DNA of 64,000 bases from Squalus acanthias (lineage: Eukaryota): NCBI GenBank assembly GCA_030390025.1, contig CM059433.1, forward strand, positions 6,884,001-6,948,000, given 5' to 3'. A model generated the notes under the pieces. The model ran no database searches, was not told the DNA's origin, and saw only the letters and a list, made by a program, of their open reading frames with translations. Each line of letters starts with the position of its first letter. Position 1 is the stretch's first letter. This document shows, piece by piece, positions 12,843 through 25,986 of this stretch. A program made the translations under genes and the position numbers.

Positions 12843-13154
12843 TAGGGAATATAGGCCTAGTGTACTCAACCTTCGTTGCACTCCCTCCAAGGCAAGTATA
12901 TCCTTTCATAGGTAAGGAGACCAAAATTATATATGCTTACTTTACTCCAAGACTATGACTAGAGAAATAATCTAATCATTTTATAGATATTATTACAAGA
13001 TAGAAAAAGCATATTGTTTATGGCTGAAAAATACAGAATATAGGTTTGATCCACCCCGCCGCTGAGAACACCCACACCATCATACTATAAGAGGCAGGGT
13101 AGGTCAGCTACTTGAGCATCGATTGATCTAGTCAAGACCAAATGATAATAGTAG

Positions 13155-13608
13155 GAGAGGTGACCAAAAGCTTGGTCAAAGAGGTAGGCTTCAAGGAGCA
13201 TCTTAAAGGAGGAGAGAGATAGAGAGGCAGAGAGGTTTAGGGAAGGAATCCAAAGCTTAGGGCCTAGGCAGCTGAAGGCACACCGCCAATGGTGGAGCGA
13301 TGAATATCGGAGATGTGCAAGAGGCCATATTGGAGGAGCGTAGAGATCTTGGAGGGTTGTCGGAGTTTACAGAGATAGGGAGGTACGAGGCCATGGAGGG
13401 ATTTGAAATTTTTTTTTTTAAATCGAAGCGTTGCCGGATCGGGAGCCAATATACGTCAGCGAGCACAGGGGTGATGGGTGAACAGAACTAAGTGCGAGTT
13501 AGGATACGGACAGCAATTTTGGATGAGCTCAAGTTTAGGGAGGGTGCAAGGTGGGAGGCAGGCTAGGAAAGCATTGGAATAGTCGAGTCTGGAGGTAACA
13601 GGGGCATA
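13155..13608 (-). mobile_element. L2 LINE fragment
   Basis: Minus frames VTSRLDYSNAFLA, LADVYWLPIRQRF and KSLHGLVPPYL. Confidence 0.9.
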
Positions 13609-14162
13609 GAAAACAAGCCTTTCACAAGGCTTTGCATGATCTTGTAGTATCATTAATATTTCAACGACCTTTAAAAGGAAGAGGAAACTGTCTTTACAAA
13701 CCGTTGACTTTCTTGATATTTCTATCTATCTAGATATACAAAACAGTTTTGAGTGACCATCACACGTCAAAGTGTCAAAAGTACATTTAAAAATAAATGC
13801 ATACATTTCATACTTTTTTTTCTGACCTGGAAATTTACACGCATCTTCCAATCTGCAAACAGCAATTAAACTCTGCTTGACCTCAAGCTACAGTTCCTTA
13901 CAGGAATTAGACTTTATGACCTTAGAGGCAATTCAGCTAAAATACAACTGCATTTCAGTAGCAGAATTATGCATTGTGTGATGCAATGCTCCTGTCCTTA
14001 GAATAGTGTACTATCCGATTTACAGTGAATATGCCGCAGGAGATCCATTAGTTTACTAAAGAAAAATCAACCTGAACATTTCACTTTTAATATGAAACAG
14101 TTAATGTATCAATACACTAAACAATTCTATAAAAAGGTGAAAAGTGAGTGCCACTGCCTTAC

Positions 14163-14325
14163 CGTAGGAGGTCTGCAAGAGTAATTGATTCTCGAAGCCA
14201 TAGCAGCGCCAGATAACAAAATGCCAGCGTCATAGGCATAGACATCAGTAATCCCTTACGACATGCAGCACGTCGATATAGACGTCCATCAATAGATCCT
14301 GACTGTATTGATGTTGCTTCATCCT
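14163..14325 (-). CDS. TAF1B: TAF1B coding exon 7 (163 nt)
   Basis: ttgttag|...|gtaagg. Reads (E)[53 protein letters not shown](R), containing the TAF1B hallmark MP.TLAFCYL.LLW.RE.ITL.DLLR. Confidence 0.96.
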
Positions 14326-15436
14326 CTAACAAAGAAATGCATCACAATATTTATGTATTATTTTGAAGGCATGAAATCCCTCCATTTTCTCTCCAGTCCA
14401 TGAGACTCTCCCCAACAATTCTTCCACCACATTCATAGAGAAACTCCTAGCCTGCCTCAACACCTCACTACAGCAATACAGCTAAAATTAACAGCACAAG
14501 AAACAAACCATCATATCGTCTATCACACTGCTTCATCAAGCTGCTCCATCAGGCTCTCATATTCAAAATAACATTATAATGCATACAAGATGCTTTTTCA
14601 ATTTCCAATTCAAACAAACATCATTCTCCCAACGAGAGAAAACAGCGGACCTGTTCCCAGGCCTCTGCCCGTTCCACGAGATAACCAACCATAAAGAACT
14701 AAGTGGAATTGATCTTGCTCTGATGTTTCTTTTTTCCATGTGGGTGAACATCCAGATTAAATTGGGAATTGTCTGTGTGGAAGATTATGGATGTGAAATA
14801 GTTCGTACCAATCTGGTGGTGTGGTTGGTACACCAACCTGCAGCTCTCTTGGACTGCCCTATGAAGAGGTCTCTCTTTTAAAACAACTTACAACTGAACA
14901 ACATACCAATATTTCTATATAACTCAAGACAGACTTCAGGACCCTACTGTAAACAGCAGAATTTGCTGTTTTGCATTACTTGCAAAACATTGAATTGGGT
15001 TGGATGAATATACCATAGTATGATGTCCCAGTATCAACTGATCATTAGACACATTAATTTGTTACCGTGAACACCATCATACACAATTGCACATAGGGTT
15101 CTTGTCGTCAATGTCTGCCATGACACCCACTGCCAAACAGAAGTCTGTTAATACTAATCCATCCACATGAATGCCAGAGTATATATTACTAAAAATGAAG
15201 AAAACAAACCTACATGGGAATGACTGCAAGGAATTATCTCAAGGTACACAGTTACAGGGGAGGGGGGGGGGGGGCAGGAGAGATAGAGATTAAGTAGATG
15301 AGAAAAAGGTTGTAATCTTATGGCAGGAGATGAGGAGAAATGACAAAAGACTCTCATCTCAAGTGAATGGTTAGATGGTCTAGCATAGAAACAGTAAAAT
15401 ATTACAAACACATTAAATACAGACAGAGTCTCATAC

Positions 15437-15560
15437 CTGATCCAGGATTGGATAATTGAATACTGTTGTCTAGACAGACACTGTCAGGATCACTTTCAGA
15501 CAAGAGTGACAAATCTGACTCGCTCTCCAATCCTGATGAACCAGAACTGACCTCTGAAAT
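15437..15560 (-). CDS. TAF1B: TAF1B coding exon 6 (124 nt, acidic Ser-rich linker)
   Basis: aatacag|...|gtatga. Open frame ISEVSSGSSGLESESDLSLLSESDPDSVCLDNSIQLSNPGS. Phase 0 start and phase 1 end bridge exons 5 and 7 exactly, and the composition matches the low-complexity TAF1B linker. Confidence 0.85.
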
Positions 15561-16849
15561 CTGTATTAACGTAAACGTTTATTAAATTTCAGCATTTGGA
15601 AAGGAGAGGGGGACAAGAGAAAATTAAGTTTATGAAAAGCACTTCATTTCAGGAGCTTACTTAGGCAATATGGTAGTGCAATTAATAAGCCTATGAATAC
15701 TGACTTAAAAAAAATAAAAGTACATAACTATATTTGCTCTGTAAGAAACCTACTTGGTTTATATCCATTTAATTTCATCCTACTTGTTCTGCATAATTCT
15801 GTTCCCCAATTCACCTTTGTTTAATGTCACACATATTATTGAACAATGATTTGCTCCATTTAAGTTAGAACCATGTTGGGTAAAACAACTTATTCTATTA
15901 CTCTGCCAAATGTTTCCTTTTGCAGTAGCAGCACTGCATTTACATTGTTGGTTCGGTGCCAATGGAGAGGAAACCGGCATTACATCACCATTAAAGCCTC
16001 AAATGTTTGTCATTTGCGTAGATGGTTCAGTACTATCAGTGTGAACTTGTACTGGGAATGATCAATTATACAGACAACAGTGAGGAGACACCTTCACACA
16101 GATATGCCATTTCGTTACTAGCATCCAACAGTTTACAAGACTACTTCCAATTTACATTAAATTAGAAATGAAAATCAGGTTTAAATGGCAAGGAGACCAC
16201 ACCCAGTGTTCAGTTTATTACTGTTGTACAGACTTTCTGGTGTCTAAAGGGCAATTAAAGAAACCGCAAACATCCAAATATATTGAACCTATTTCACCTT
16301 TTTTATTAGGTGTACTCAAAATGTATTGCTGTTAATTACTACTGTATTTAATCCTTACTTTTTGGTAATTTGACAGTTAACAATGGATACAGTCAACAAA
16401 ACAAAACTGCAACTTAACAGCTGAAGCGCGTGATTTCTTACTGCAATGATTCATCCATTGGGATTCATCTCTACTCAAAAGCAGCTTCTGGGCTTATCTA
16501 TGACCCTCCAGTGAGATTGTTATATCTGATTCTGTTTGCTAGTTTACGGGCAGCAAAGTTGTGCCAAGTGTTAAAGCTCCAAGACCTGACACTGCCAAGT
16601 GGTGAGACTGCTCAGCTGCTAATGAACAGGCACTAAATGAATGCCAAAAACTTCCTCACACAAGAGAAAGAAAAAAAATGAAGGGCCGGTGAGTACCGAA
16701 ATACTCATGCGCTTCTAGCTGCTGGCTCAAGAACAGTTGTGGCAGAGACATCGGAGCCAAACACAGGGGTATTACGTACAGAGCTGTCTGCTCATTTACA
16801 CAATATGCTGGCCAGAAATGAAAACCAAATGTTGAAGTATAGACTTTTT

Positions 16850-17060
16850 GGGGTAGATTTTCTTATTGCACTTGGGTTTAAAAAATTATTTGAGCACAGC
16901 GCACAAAGAAAAATCAGGTAGGAAGGATTGTAAACCTGTAATGGAGCACGCCTGATGAAAATCAAGCAGGCTTCGTCACGGATGTGTGGTCTTCCCCATC
17001 CTCTATGCGCTGCAACTAGGTGATTTTTTTTTTTACACTGTAAATTAAGGAAAATCTGCC
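16850..17060. mobile_element. Short degraded MITE (Harbinger-like ends)
   Basis: Imperfect TIR GGTAGATTTTCTT ... AGGAAAATCTGCC. Confidence 0.5.
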
Positions 17061-18184
17061 AATATATTTTTGAGTGACTTGATTAATGCATAAAATTAAC
17101 TTACTGTTCAAGTTTAATCAAAATCAGGGCTCACCAAATAAATTTTATAAAGAATAGAAATTAAAGTACAGAGCACACCAGAGAGGAATGGACGGTTTAA
17201 AAAATAGAAATAGAACAAACACGTTGCTTCAGCTTCAAGGAAGATCTGGGGAATCTCGAGTTTGTAAACTTAATTGTTCCATCAAATCAATCTGATCAAT
17301 TAACTCTATCCTAGCCCTTGTGAAAAAATATGTAAAGCATATTACATTCTAAGTACTTAAAAGAAAAAGTGTCCTGTTGGCACCATCAGTTTCTATAGCC
17401 ACAGCTTGCTATTTAAATGGCTATATTATGCCCCTGTACAGCTCATTGTAGGCACTTTGTTTCAGAGGGGAAAAAGTGCACTTGCTGGAATCAACCTCCT
17501 GCAAGGTTTTTGAATGGCAGGGATTGCGTTTGATTCATGTCCAAACATGTAAAAACATGCATGTAACCAAAACAAGAAATAGATCTACATATTAGAGTAT
17601 AGTGTGCTACACCAGATATTTTACTCCGCTCTATTGGTATTCCTATATCTGGACAAAAGCAGCACACAGAATAATCGCTCATGAGTTTTTTTCCAGTATT
17701 TAATGACTTCTGACAGAAGATTGTTTTGGTTCCTTCCAAAAGAAAGGACCTATTTAGAGCATTCCCTTGTATTACATGAAACTTCCAAAAACTGCACTAA
17801 AGAAGGGCAATAGCAATAAATGTCTCTTCAGATCAAGTGAAAGTAGAGCCAAGTACTCGCAAGGAGAAAGCCCGAGTTAGATACCATGGAGATAGAGATA
17901 TATAGATATATAGATATATATTTGCTTTATACAAAACTAAACTGGGACAACTTTTGTCGTAAGAATGAGCCTTACGCGTGGTGAACTTAAAGTAAGCTTT
18001 AATCAACTAAAAAGGTGCTACATACAAAAGAGGTCTTACTCTATGCCTCTCCAGGATCCAACTGATCAGTCCAGTATTTATCCTGGACTAATCACAGGAA
18101 GTGATGCAATAAAGTTCGAGTCACAGGAAGCTGTATTGTGTTACCACAACTTTCATTATGCAAAAATTGATACACGATTCAATA

Positions 18185-20350
18185 GGATAATTACAGACCA
18201 GTTAGGTTAACAGCTGTGATAGAGAAAATGTTAAAATCTTTAATTAAAGAAAATGACTAAGTATCTAGGTAAAGAAGCAGCCATCACAGATTTCAGAAGG
18301 GACGATTGTGCTCGACAAACCTGATGGAGTTCTTCGAGGAAATGACAGATGTGATGGATCGGGGAAATGTAGTGAAGTAACAGAAAGCATTTGGCAAGAT
18401 ACCACAGAGACTATTGAAGAAAATTAAAGGTCATGCAGCTAAAGAAAGAGTATTGGTTAGAAGAAAGGAAACAGGGAGTAGAGGTTGAGGACAGATTCCA
18501 AGACTGGTTGGAAGTGGGTAGTAGTGTCTTACAGGGTTCTGTTCTGGGACCGGTTCTGTTCACTGTGTACATCAATGATTTGGATGTAGGGTTAGAGCGC
18601 GTTGTCCAAATTTGAAGACCATACTAATTACAATATGGAGACAACAGTAAATAATGCTGAGGACCAAAGGAATCTACAAGGGGATATTCACAAGATGAGG
18701 GAATGGGCAAAACAGTGGCAGATGGAATTCAATGTCAGTAAATGTAAAGTGGTACATTTTGGTTAAAAAAATTATACTTCGAATGGGACAAAGATGGGTG
18801 ATATGGAAGAACAGAGGCATTCACAGGTTCACAAGGCATTAAAAGCAACACCTCAAGTGGATAAGGCCATCGCTGCAGCAGTTTCTCAGGGCAGTGTCCG
18901 AGGCCCAACCATCTTCAGCTGCTTCATCAATGACCTTCCCTCCATCAGAAGTGGGGATGTGGTCTGATGATTGCACAGTATTCAGTTCCATTCGCAATTC
19001 CTCAGATAATGAAGCAATCTGCACCCGCTTGCAGCAAGACCTGGACAACATCCAGGCTTGGGCTGATAAGTGGCAAGTAACATTTGCGCCACACAAGTGC
19101 CAGGCAATGATCATCTCTAACAAGAGAAAATCTAACCTCAGAGGCTGGGTATTCTGCGGCAAGTGACTCACCTCCTGACTCCCCAAAGCCTTTCCATCAC
19201 CTACAAGGCACAAGTCAGGAGTGTGATGGAATACTCTCCAGTTGCCTGGATGAGTGTAACTCCAACAACACTGACGAAGCTCGCCAACATCCAGGACAAA
19301 GTAGCCCGCTTGATTGGCACCCCGTCCACCACCTTAAACATTCACTCCCTCCACCACCGGCATACCGTGGCTGCAGTGTGTACCATCTACAAGATGCACT
19401 GCAGCAACTCGCCAAGGCTTCTTCGACAGAACCTCCCAAACCCGCGACCTCTACCAAGGGCAGCAGGCGCATGGGAACTCCACCACCTCCAAGTTCTCCT
19501 CCAAGTCACACACCATCCTGACTTGGAAGTATATCGGCCGATCCTTCATCGTCACTGGATCAAAATCCTGGAACTCCCTACTTAACAGCACTGTAAGAGT
19601 ACTTTCACCACACTGACTGCAGTGGTTCAAGAAGACGGCTCACCACCACCTTCTGAAAGGCAATTAGGGATGGGCAATAAATTCTGACATTGCCAGCGAC
19701 GCCCACATCCCATGAACGAATAAAAAATAAAGAAATCTAATGAAATATTGTGTTTTATGACGAGAGGTACAGGATACAAAAGTCAAGGTGCAATGGTGAA
19801 TCTATATAAATCTTAGTAAGATCACAGTTGGGAGTACTGCGTGCAGTTTTGGGCTCCACCTTATAGGAAAGATGGTGGGGCAAGAGAGGGTACAGCACAG
19901 ATTCACCAGGATGTTGCCCAGTATGAGGAAATACAACTACGAAGAATGACTTGAAAAATTCTAATGAAAAGTTTTCATTAGAAGATTAAGAGGTGATTTG
20001 TTAGTGGTGTTTAAAATTATGAAAGGATGGGCCACGTTAGGTAGAAACAGATTATTTCCAGTGATCGAAGGGTCTAGAATGAGAAGACATAAATATAAGA
20101 TAAGATTAAATGCAAGAGATTTAGGACAGACAGCAGTACAAAGCTTTTTACACAGTGGGTTGTGAGGCTGTGGAATGCACTACTAGAGTTAGTGATTGAA
20201 GCAGAGGCCATGTCAAGATTTAAGAATAGATTGTTGAGGGAAAAGAAATAAAGGGATATGGGAACAAGCCAGGCATACGGCAATAGGGCTACTGCTTATG
20301 TTGAGGATAACCACCAACATGGACTAATAGGGCCAAACGGCCATTTCCAT
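18185..20350 (+). mobile_element. Old CR1 RT/3' fragment (host of a nested LINE)
   Basis: QGSVLGPVLFTVYINDLD motif and a 3' tail near 20330; interrupted at about 18867-19727. Confidence 0.82.
18867..19727 (+). mobile_element. Nested CR1-clade LINE of a distinct family, 3' fragment
   Basis: RT and C-terminal motifs (QGSV.GP...INDLP, LQQDLDNIQAWADKWQVTFAPHKC, YKAQVRSVMEYS) and an A-rich end. The host CR1 continues on both sides. Confidence 0.82.
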
Positions 20351-20497
20351 ATTTATATTTCTAATTTCTATGTACAACAGAGGTCAAATATTTCCAAATG
20401 TAGTTGGGAAATTAAGCAGCTCCTACTCAATGCCAAAAACAGAAGTTCTCTTACTTTTATTTGAGACCACCAATATTTTTCGTTTAATCAGACTTAC

Positions 20498-20593
20498 CGT
20501 TCTGTTTCTGCTACGGTCATCAATTGGTCTGTTCGTGTAGGCCTGTTGACTTTTTTGCAAGTAACGCCGCCAAATATTGCACAGAATTTCATC
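20498..20593 (-). CDS. TAF1B: TAF1B coding exon 5 (96 nt)
   Basis: ttttctttcctag|...|gtaagt. Reads DEILCNIWRRYLQKSQQAYTNRPIDDRSRNRT; human has NDVLHNFWKRYLQKSKQAY. Confidence 0.96.
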
Positions 20594-20854
20594 CTAGGAA
20601 AGAAAAATACATTAATCCATTATGCTGCAATTCAGGGAGTGGCTCAGTGACAGTGTACTGGTGTTCAATTGCACTGCACTGTGAAGGGTTAGAATGCAAG
20701 TTCCCACAACATTCGAGATCACAATCTCACAATCAGGAAAGATTCAGAGCAGAAAATCAGGAAGGGAAGAAGCCATGAGAATCAGAAGCAACTAACTCAC
20801 CCTGAACCATTCTAGCAAATTTCCTCGTGATATTTTACAGATCAGCACTGCAAA

Positions 20855-21190
20855 GTTGGAGAACTGGTGTGCATTGCCTCCTGCTAGGATACAGTTCCAG
20901 AGACACTGGTCATTCCTTTGGTAGCTCATCCTAATGGCCATTCTTCATATGCAAATTTAGATAGGTTATCCAACTGTGGGCAACATCACATCCAGTACAC
21001 AGCCCAATCCAGTCCTTACCAGACATGCACACAGACACTTTCCAGCAGGGATTACTGGATTCCAATCAAGAGTGGGAACCCTGTCTTAATTTCCCTGCCT
21101 ACCTCAGGGACACAGAAACTACTGTAGCATGTTTGTGGTCACCTAACTCAGCGCAGACTGGAAATCAAACTCAAAATGTTCAATGGACTT
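20855..21190 (-). mobile_element. Old SINE-like repeat (same family as 4810-5255)
   Basis: Collinear degenerate similarity to 4810-5255. Confidence 0.45.
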
Positions 21191-23849
21191 CCTCTATCTG
21201 ATACCTCCTGTAACGTCTGCAACGAGGCGAAAATGAGAAATGTGCAATTGTCTACTTTGCCACTTTTAGTGTAGGGAATTTAATTAATTAATCAACCATG
21301 CTGCTTTTAAATCCTGCCCTTTGCATTGTAGTAGTCAAAGCGAACTACTGAACACTTGAGGATTCCAAAAGCCTAGTGCAGCTAAAGTGTAGCCCAGACT
21401 ATTTACTGCCCCTCCCCCAAACAATGGTCCTCAAGGGAGCTACTAAATTTACTTCTGATTTTACCCTAAACGAGAGAACATCACTGCTCACTGAAGATCC
21501 ATCATTCCTCAAATCGAGCATATTCTGCAGTATCGATACTGGGACTCAATGGAACAAGTTCAGAAATACACCTCACTGTAGCACTCTATTTTCCTGATTT
21601 GTAACGGACATCATTGCTGGGGTCTCCTCTGTATACTGAGCACTTTATTTTCACTGTTTCATACTTGTAAAAGTGAAGTGCAACCTACAAACCTGATATT
21701 TATTCTGAAACTTTGCATCTTATGGGTCAGAAAACCATAATATTGCACTTAAGGTATGTCTCACGTCTTCCTTGAGCATTAGAACTCCTGCGATAATTCC
21801 AAGCATTTTCAACAAGCAAAGTAACATAGCTATTCGATACCCTGTGTTTCATAGGATTATTGGAGAAGGATTTAAGCTGTATGGAGCACCTGTTCTACAA
21901 CCACTAGCTTTAGCATTAATATATAATTTGCTATTATCTACCTGTTTACATTTGGTGTGAAAAGTGATTAGTCTAAATGCCATTTAAAATGGATTGTAAA
22001 AAAAAATCACTCAAAAATTAGTCAATATGTTGTAAAATTATTGCTAAATTAACTTCAAGAAAAAAAATAAGTCCATGCACACAGATTTCAAATTAAATAA
22101 AACATGTAGAGTACAATAAGTTAAATAACCCGACCCTATTAAAATCAAAGAGTGCCCCCTGCTGGAATTTTTTAAATGGTGAAGGATGCTACATACTTTT
22201 CTTTTTTTCCCCCCCAGTCATAAAAACTTTAGCTGTTAGAAATTTCCTCCAACTTCAAGTACACTTATTCAAAGCAATAAAGGTTACACTATATATAGTG
22301 GATATCACAAGATAGGCAACTGGAAAACATCAGAGTGTCACCAGTCCCTTTAAGAGTTTCCCCCACAGAGGAACACTCATTCTCTCAACAATTACCAGAG
22401 CAGTGTGCCATGATTATCAAACATGCAATCTTCCAGAAGGAAATAAATATGCTAATCTTCATTTTTTTTCTTTTTCAGAAGTATTAGATGTGACAGAATT
22501 CTGCTGTCCTTCTGCGATAATCACAAAGTAATAGAAGTAACACTCACCTCTCTTTCAACTATATGGAACTTCCTTTATAACCCAGGACTCCAACAAATTT
22601 CAATTTTTAAATAGCATTCCTTGGTGTACACAAAAACTTGGGTGAGCGAACAGTAACACCAACCCTAAAGTTGAGGCCTCCCTGATGCAGGTATCTGTGG
22701 CAATTTCATCCCCTTAAATAGCTGAACCTGGTTAAAGGCCCTTCCACTGGAGACAATATTCTCTGATAGTCACGAATCAGGGCAAACCACCCTGAACCGC
22801 AATATCAAGCAAAACATGAAAAGCCAACCAACCCTCGACCTTCCTGCTCTGTAGAGCTCAACTACTCACTGTCTTAACCAGCTGAGCCACTATGGGAACC
22901 GGTAACAGGCTGGACTTTATTGCAACTGCAAAGGAAGACCGTGATCCTACACTGAACAGGGGTGGGGTGGTATCCACTGTGATTCATATTTAGATGTCAG
23001 TCATCTTAGATTAGTGATTTGAATCCAAATTGCAACAACAAATGTTTGAATCCATTTTGCAATATATCAAAGTTAACTTAGCATCAATGCATTTTCGAGT
23101 CCCTGAAATGCCTCAAAATTTCTACACCTGTAATGGCAGTAATCCATTAGCCCTAATCTCTAATAATTACAAGTAATCTGGTCTATCACTGGTTTAGGTC
23201 AAAAATGTGATAAGCAAATAGAAAGCATTAGTCTTGTGGGTCAGAATGCCAGCCAGAAATGAAGATTTTGAGATGGATTGAGAGGATTTTAAAAGACATA
23301 TGAACATTTAACATGTACCAGATTTCACAGTATATCTTCAGGAAACATCCTCAAATGATAAAAGCAATGTGCTAGCACAAAGACAACGAAAAAAAAACCT
23401 TGACTGCTGTATATAGGGCCAATTCAAGAGAAAAATGAGCAGCAGTTAACTCAAAGGTAACAGATCAAAGAGGCCGTTCAGCCCTTCCAGCTCATCCTTC
23501 CACAGAAATTTAAGAAAGCGAATGGAAGGAAGGAAAGACTTGAGGGAGGTAAAGAAAGGGGAGAAAGGAAAGTTAGGGGAAAGGACAGAAATAACTTGTG
23601 TTTACATAGTGCATTATCAAGTCTCCCAGCAACATCTCAAAGCACTTCACATATTAGTTACTTTGAAATGTAGTCACCATTTTAAAGAGACACACAGCAA
23701 GACCCCATCAGCAGCAATAACGTTTATGGCCAGTTAACAAATTATTATTAGTATTAAAAAGTAGAAACAAGGTGCAGAGGACTGGGAGAGGCAGTTAGAG
23801 TTAAAAATAATACAGAATTAGGTGGGATCATAGAAAATACAAAGAGGTC

Positions 23850-25521
23850 TATGTTAGGTTTGGAGTGCATGTGTGGAAATGCACAAAGTTTGGTTAATAA
23901 GGTTGGTGAGCTGCAGGTGCAAATAGCCACAGGGGAATGATATAGTGGCGATAACGGAGACCTGGCTCAAAAAGGGGGAGGATTGGATGCTTAATATTCC
24001 TGGGAACAAGGTATTCAAGAAAGATAGGGAAGAGAAAAAGGAGGAGGGGTAGCAGTTTTAATTAAGGAAAATATTACAGTGCTAGAAAGAGACAGTCATT
24101 GAGGGGTCAAAGATAGAACCTATTTGGTTAGAGTGAAGAAACAATAAAGGAGCTATTACGATACTTGGTGTATTTTATAGGCCACTAAATAGTAGGAAGG
24201 AGCTAGAGGAGCAGATTTGCAGGAAAATTACTGAGAGGTGCATCAACTATAGAGTAGTGATAATGGGAGACTTTAACTACCCTAATATTGAATGGGGTAG
24301 TGATTGTGTTAAGGGCAGAGGGGGAGGATTTTCTGAAGTGTGTTCTGGAGAACATTCTTGATCAGTAGGTTTCCTGCCCAACAAGGAAGGAGGCATTGCT
24401 GGATCTAGTCCTGGGGAATAAGGTGAGTCAAGTGCAGAATGTCACATTGGGGGAGCATCTCGGGAAGAGTGATCATAGTATCATAGGTTTAGATTAATTA
24501 TGGAGAAGGACAAGGAGAAATCTAGAATAAAAATACTTAACTGGAGGAGGGCTAATTTCAGCAAATTGAGGAGGGATCTGGCCCGGGTAAATTGGAGTCA
24601 AAGACTGGCAGGCAGGAAATGTAATTGAGCAATGGGAGGCCATTGAAGAGATGATTCGGGTACAGTCTGGGTACATTCCCACAAGGGGAAAAAGGGAGGG
24701 CAACCAAAGCCAGAGCTCCCTGGATGATGAAGGAGTTAGAGAGTAGGATGAAGAAGAAAAAGGGGTTGTATGACAGATATCAGCTTGATAATATAAGGGA
24801 GAATCAGGCTGAATATAAAAAAAAGTACATAGGAGAAGTGAAAAAGGAAGTAAGAGGGGCAAAGAGACAGTACGAGAATAGATTGGTGACCAACATAAAA
24901 GGGAATCAAAGGTCTTCTGCAGGCAAATTAACAGTAAAAGGGTTGTCAGTGGAGCGGTTGGGTTGATAATGGGCCAAAATGGAGATCTACTGGTGGAGGC
25001 AGAAGGCATAGCTGAGGTACTAAATGAGTATTTTGCATCGGTGTTTACCAAGGAAGATGAGAAGGTTGTCGGGATGCTGGATGAGATAAAAATAGATAAA
25101 AAGGAAGCACCAGAAAGGCCGGCAGTACTTAAAGTGGAGAAGTCACCCAGTCCGGGTGGGATGCATTCTAGGTTGCTGAAGGAAGTAAGGGTAGAAATTG
25201 CGACGGTGCTGGCCACAAGCTTCCAGTCCTCCTTAGACACAAGGGTGGTGCCAAAGGACTGGAGGATTGCAAATCTTACACCCTTGTTCAAAAAAGGGGA
25301 GAAGAATAAACCTGGCAATTACAGGCCAGTCAGTTTAACGTTGGTGGTGGGGAAGCTTTTAGAAAGAATAATCTGGGAGAAAATTAACAGCCACTTGTTA
25401 ATTTTCAAGTGGCTGTTAATTTGAATTCACTGCCTGATAGGGTATTGGAAACAGATTCAATAGTAGCTTTCAAAAGGGAATTAGATAAATACTTGAAGGA
25501 GAAAAAACTGCAGGGATATGG
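23850..25521 (+). mobile_element. CR1-A: EN, start of RT and a 3' fragment whose tail continues at 34886-34990
   Basis: ITETWL, MGDFNYP, SDH and KSPSPGGMHSRLLKE...PGNYRPVSLT motifs. The 3' fragment is split with a GGATATGG duplication at 25514-25521 and 34878-34885. Confidence 0.85.
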
Positions 25522-25986
25522 AGGTGAGCTGCAGGCACAAATTGCTACGTGGGATTATGACATGGTTGCATTAACAGAGACATGGCTTAAACAAGGGCAG
25601 GAATGGGTTCTTAATATTCCTGGTTACCAAGTATTCAGAGAAGGAAAAAGAGGAGAGGACGTGGCAGTATTGATAAAGGATGATGTTACAGCTCTAAATA
25701 GAAAGGATTTACTGGATGGCTCTAGGACTGAATCTATTTGACTTGAGTTGAGGAACAGAGGGAGAGCTGTTACATTGTTGGGAGCTCTATAAAAAAAAAC
25801 TCCCAACAGTGAGGAGAGAAATGAGCAAATTTGTCGGCAAATTTCAAAGGCGTGTAACAAAAATAGAGTAGTAATATTAGGAGACTTTAATTACCAGAAT
25901 ATAGACTGGGAAAAAACACAGTGCTAAGGTTAAGGAAGGAGAAGAATTTCTGACATGTGCACAGGAGAACTTTATCGATCAATATG

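Noticed and set aside
24494..25318. 274-aa minus-strand ORF
   Set aside because: It is the antisense frame of CR1 ORF2.
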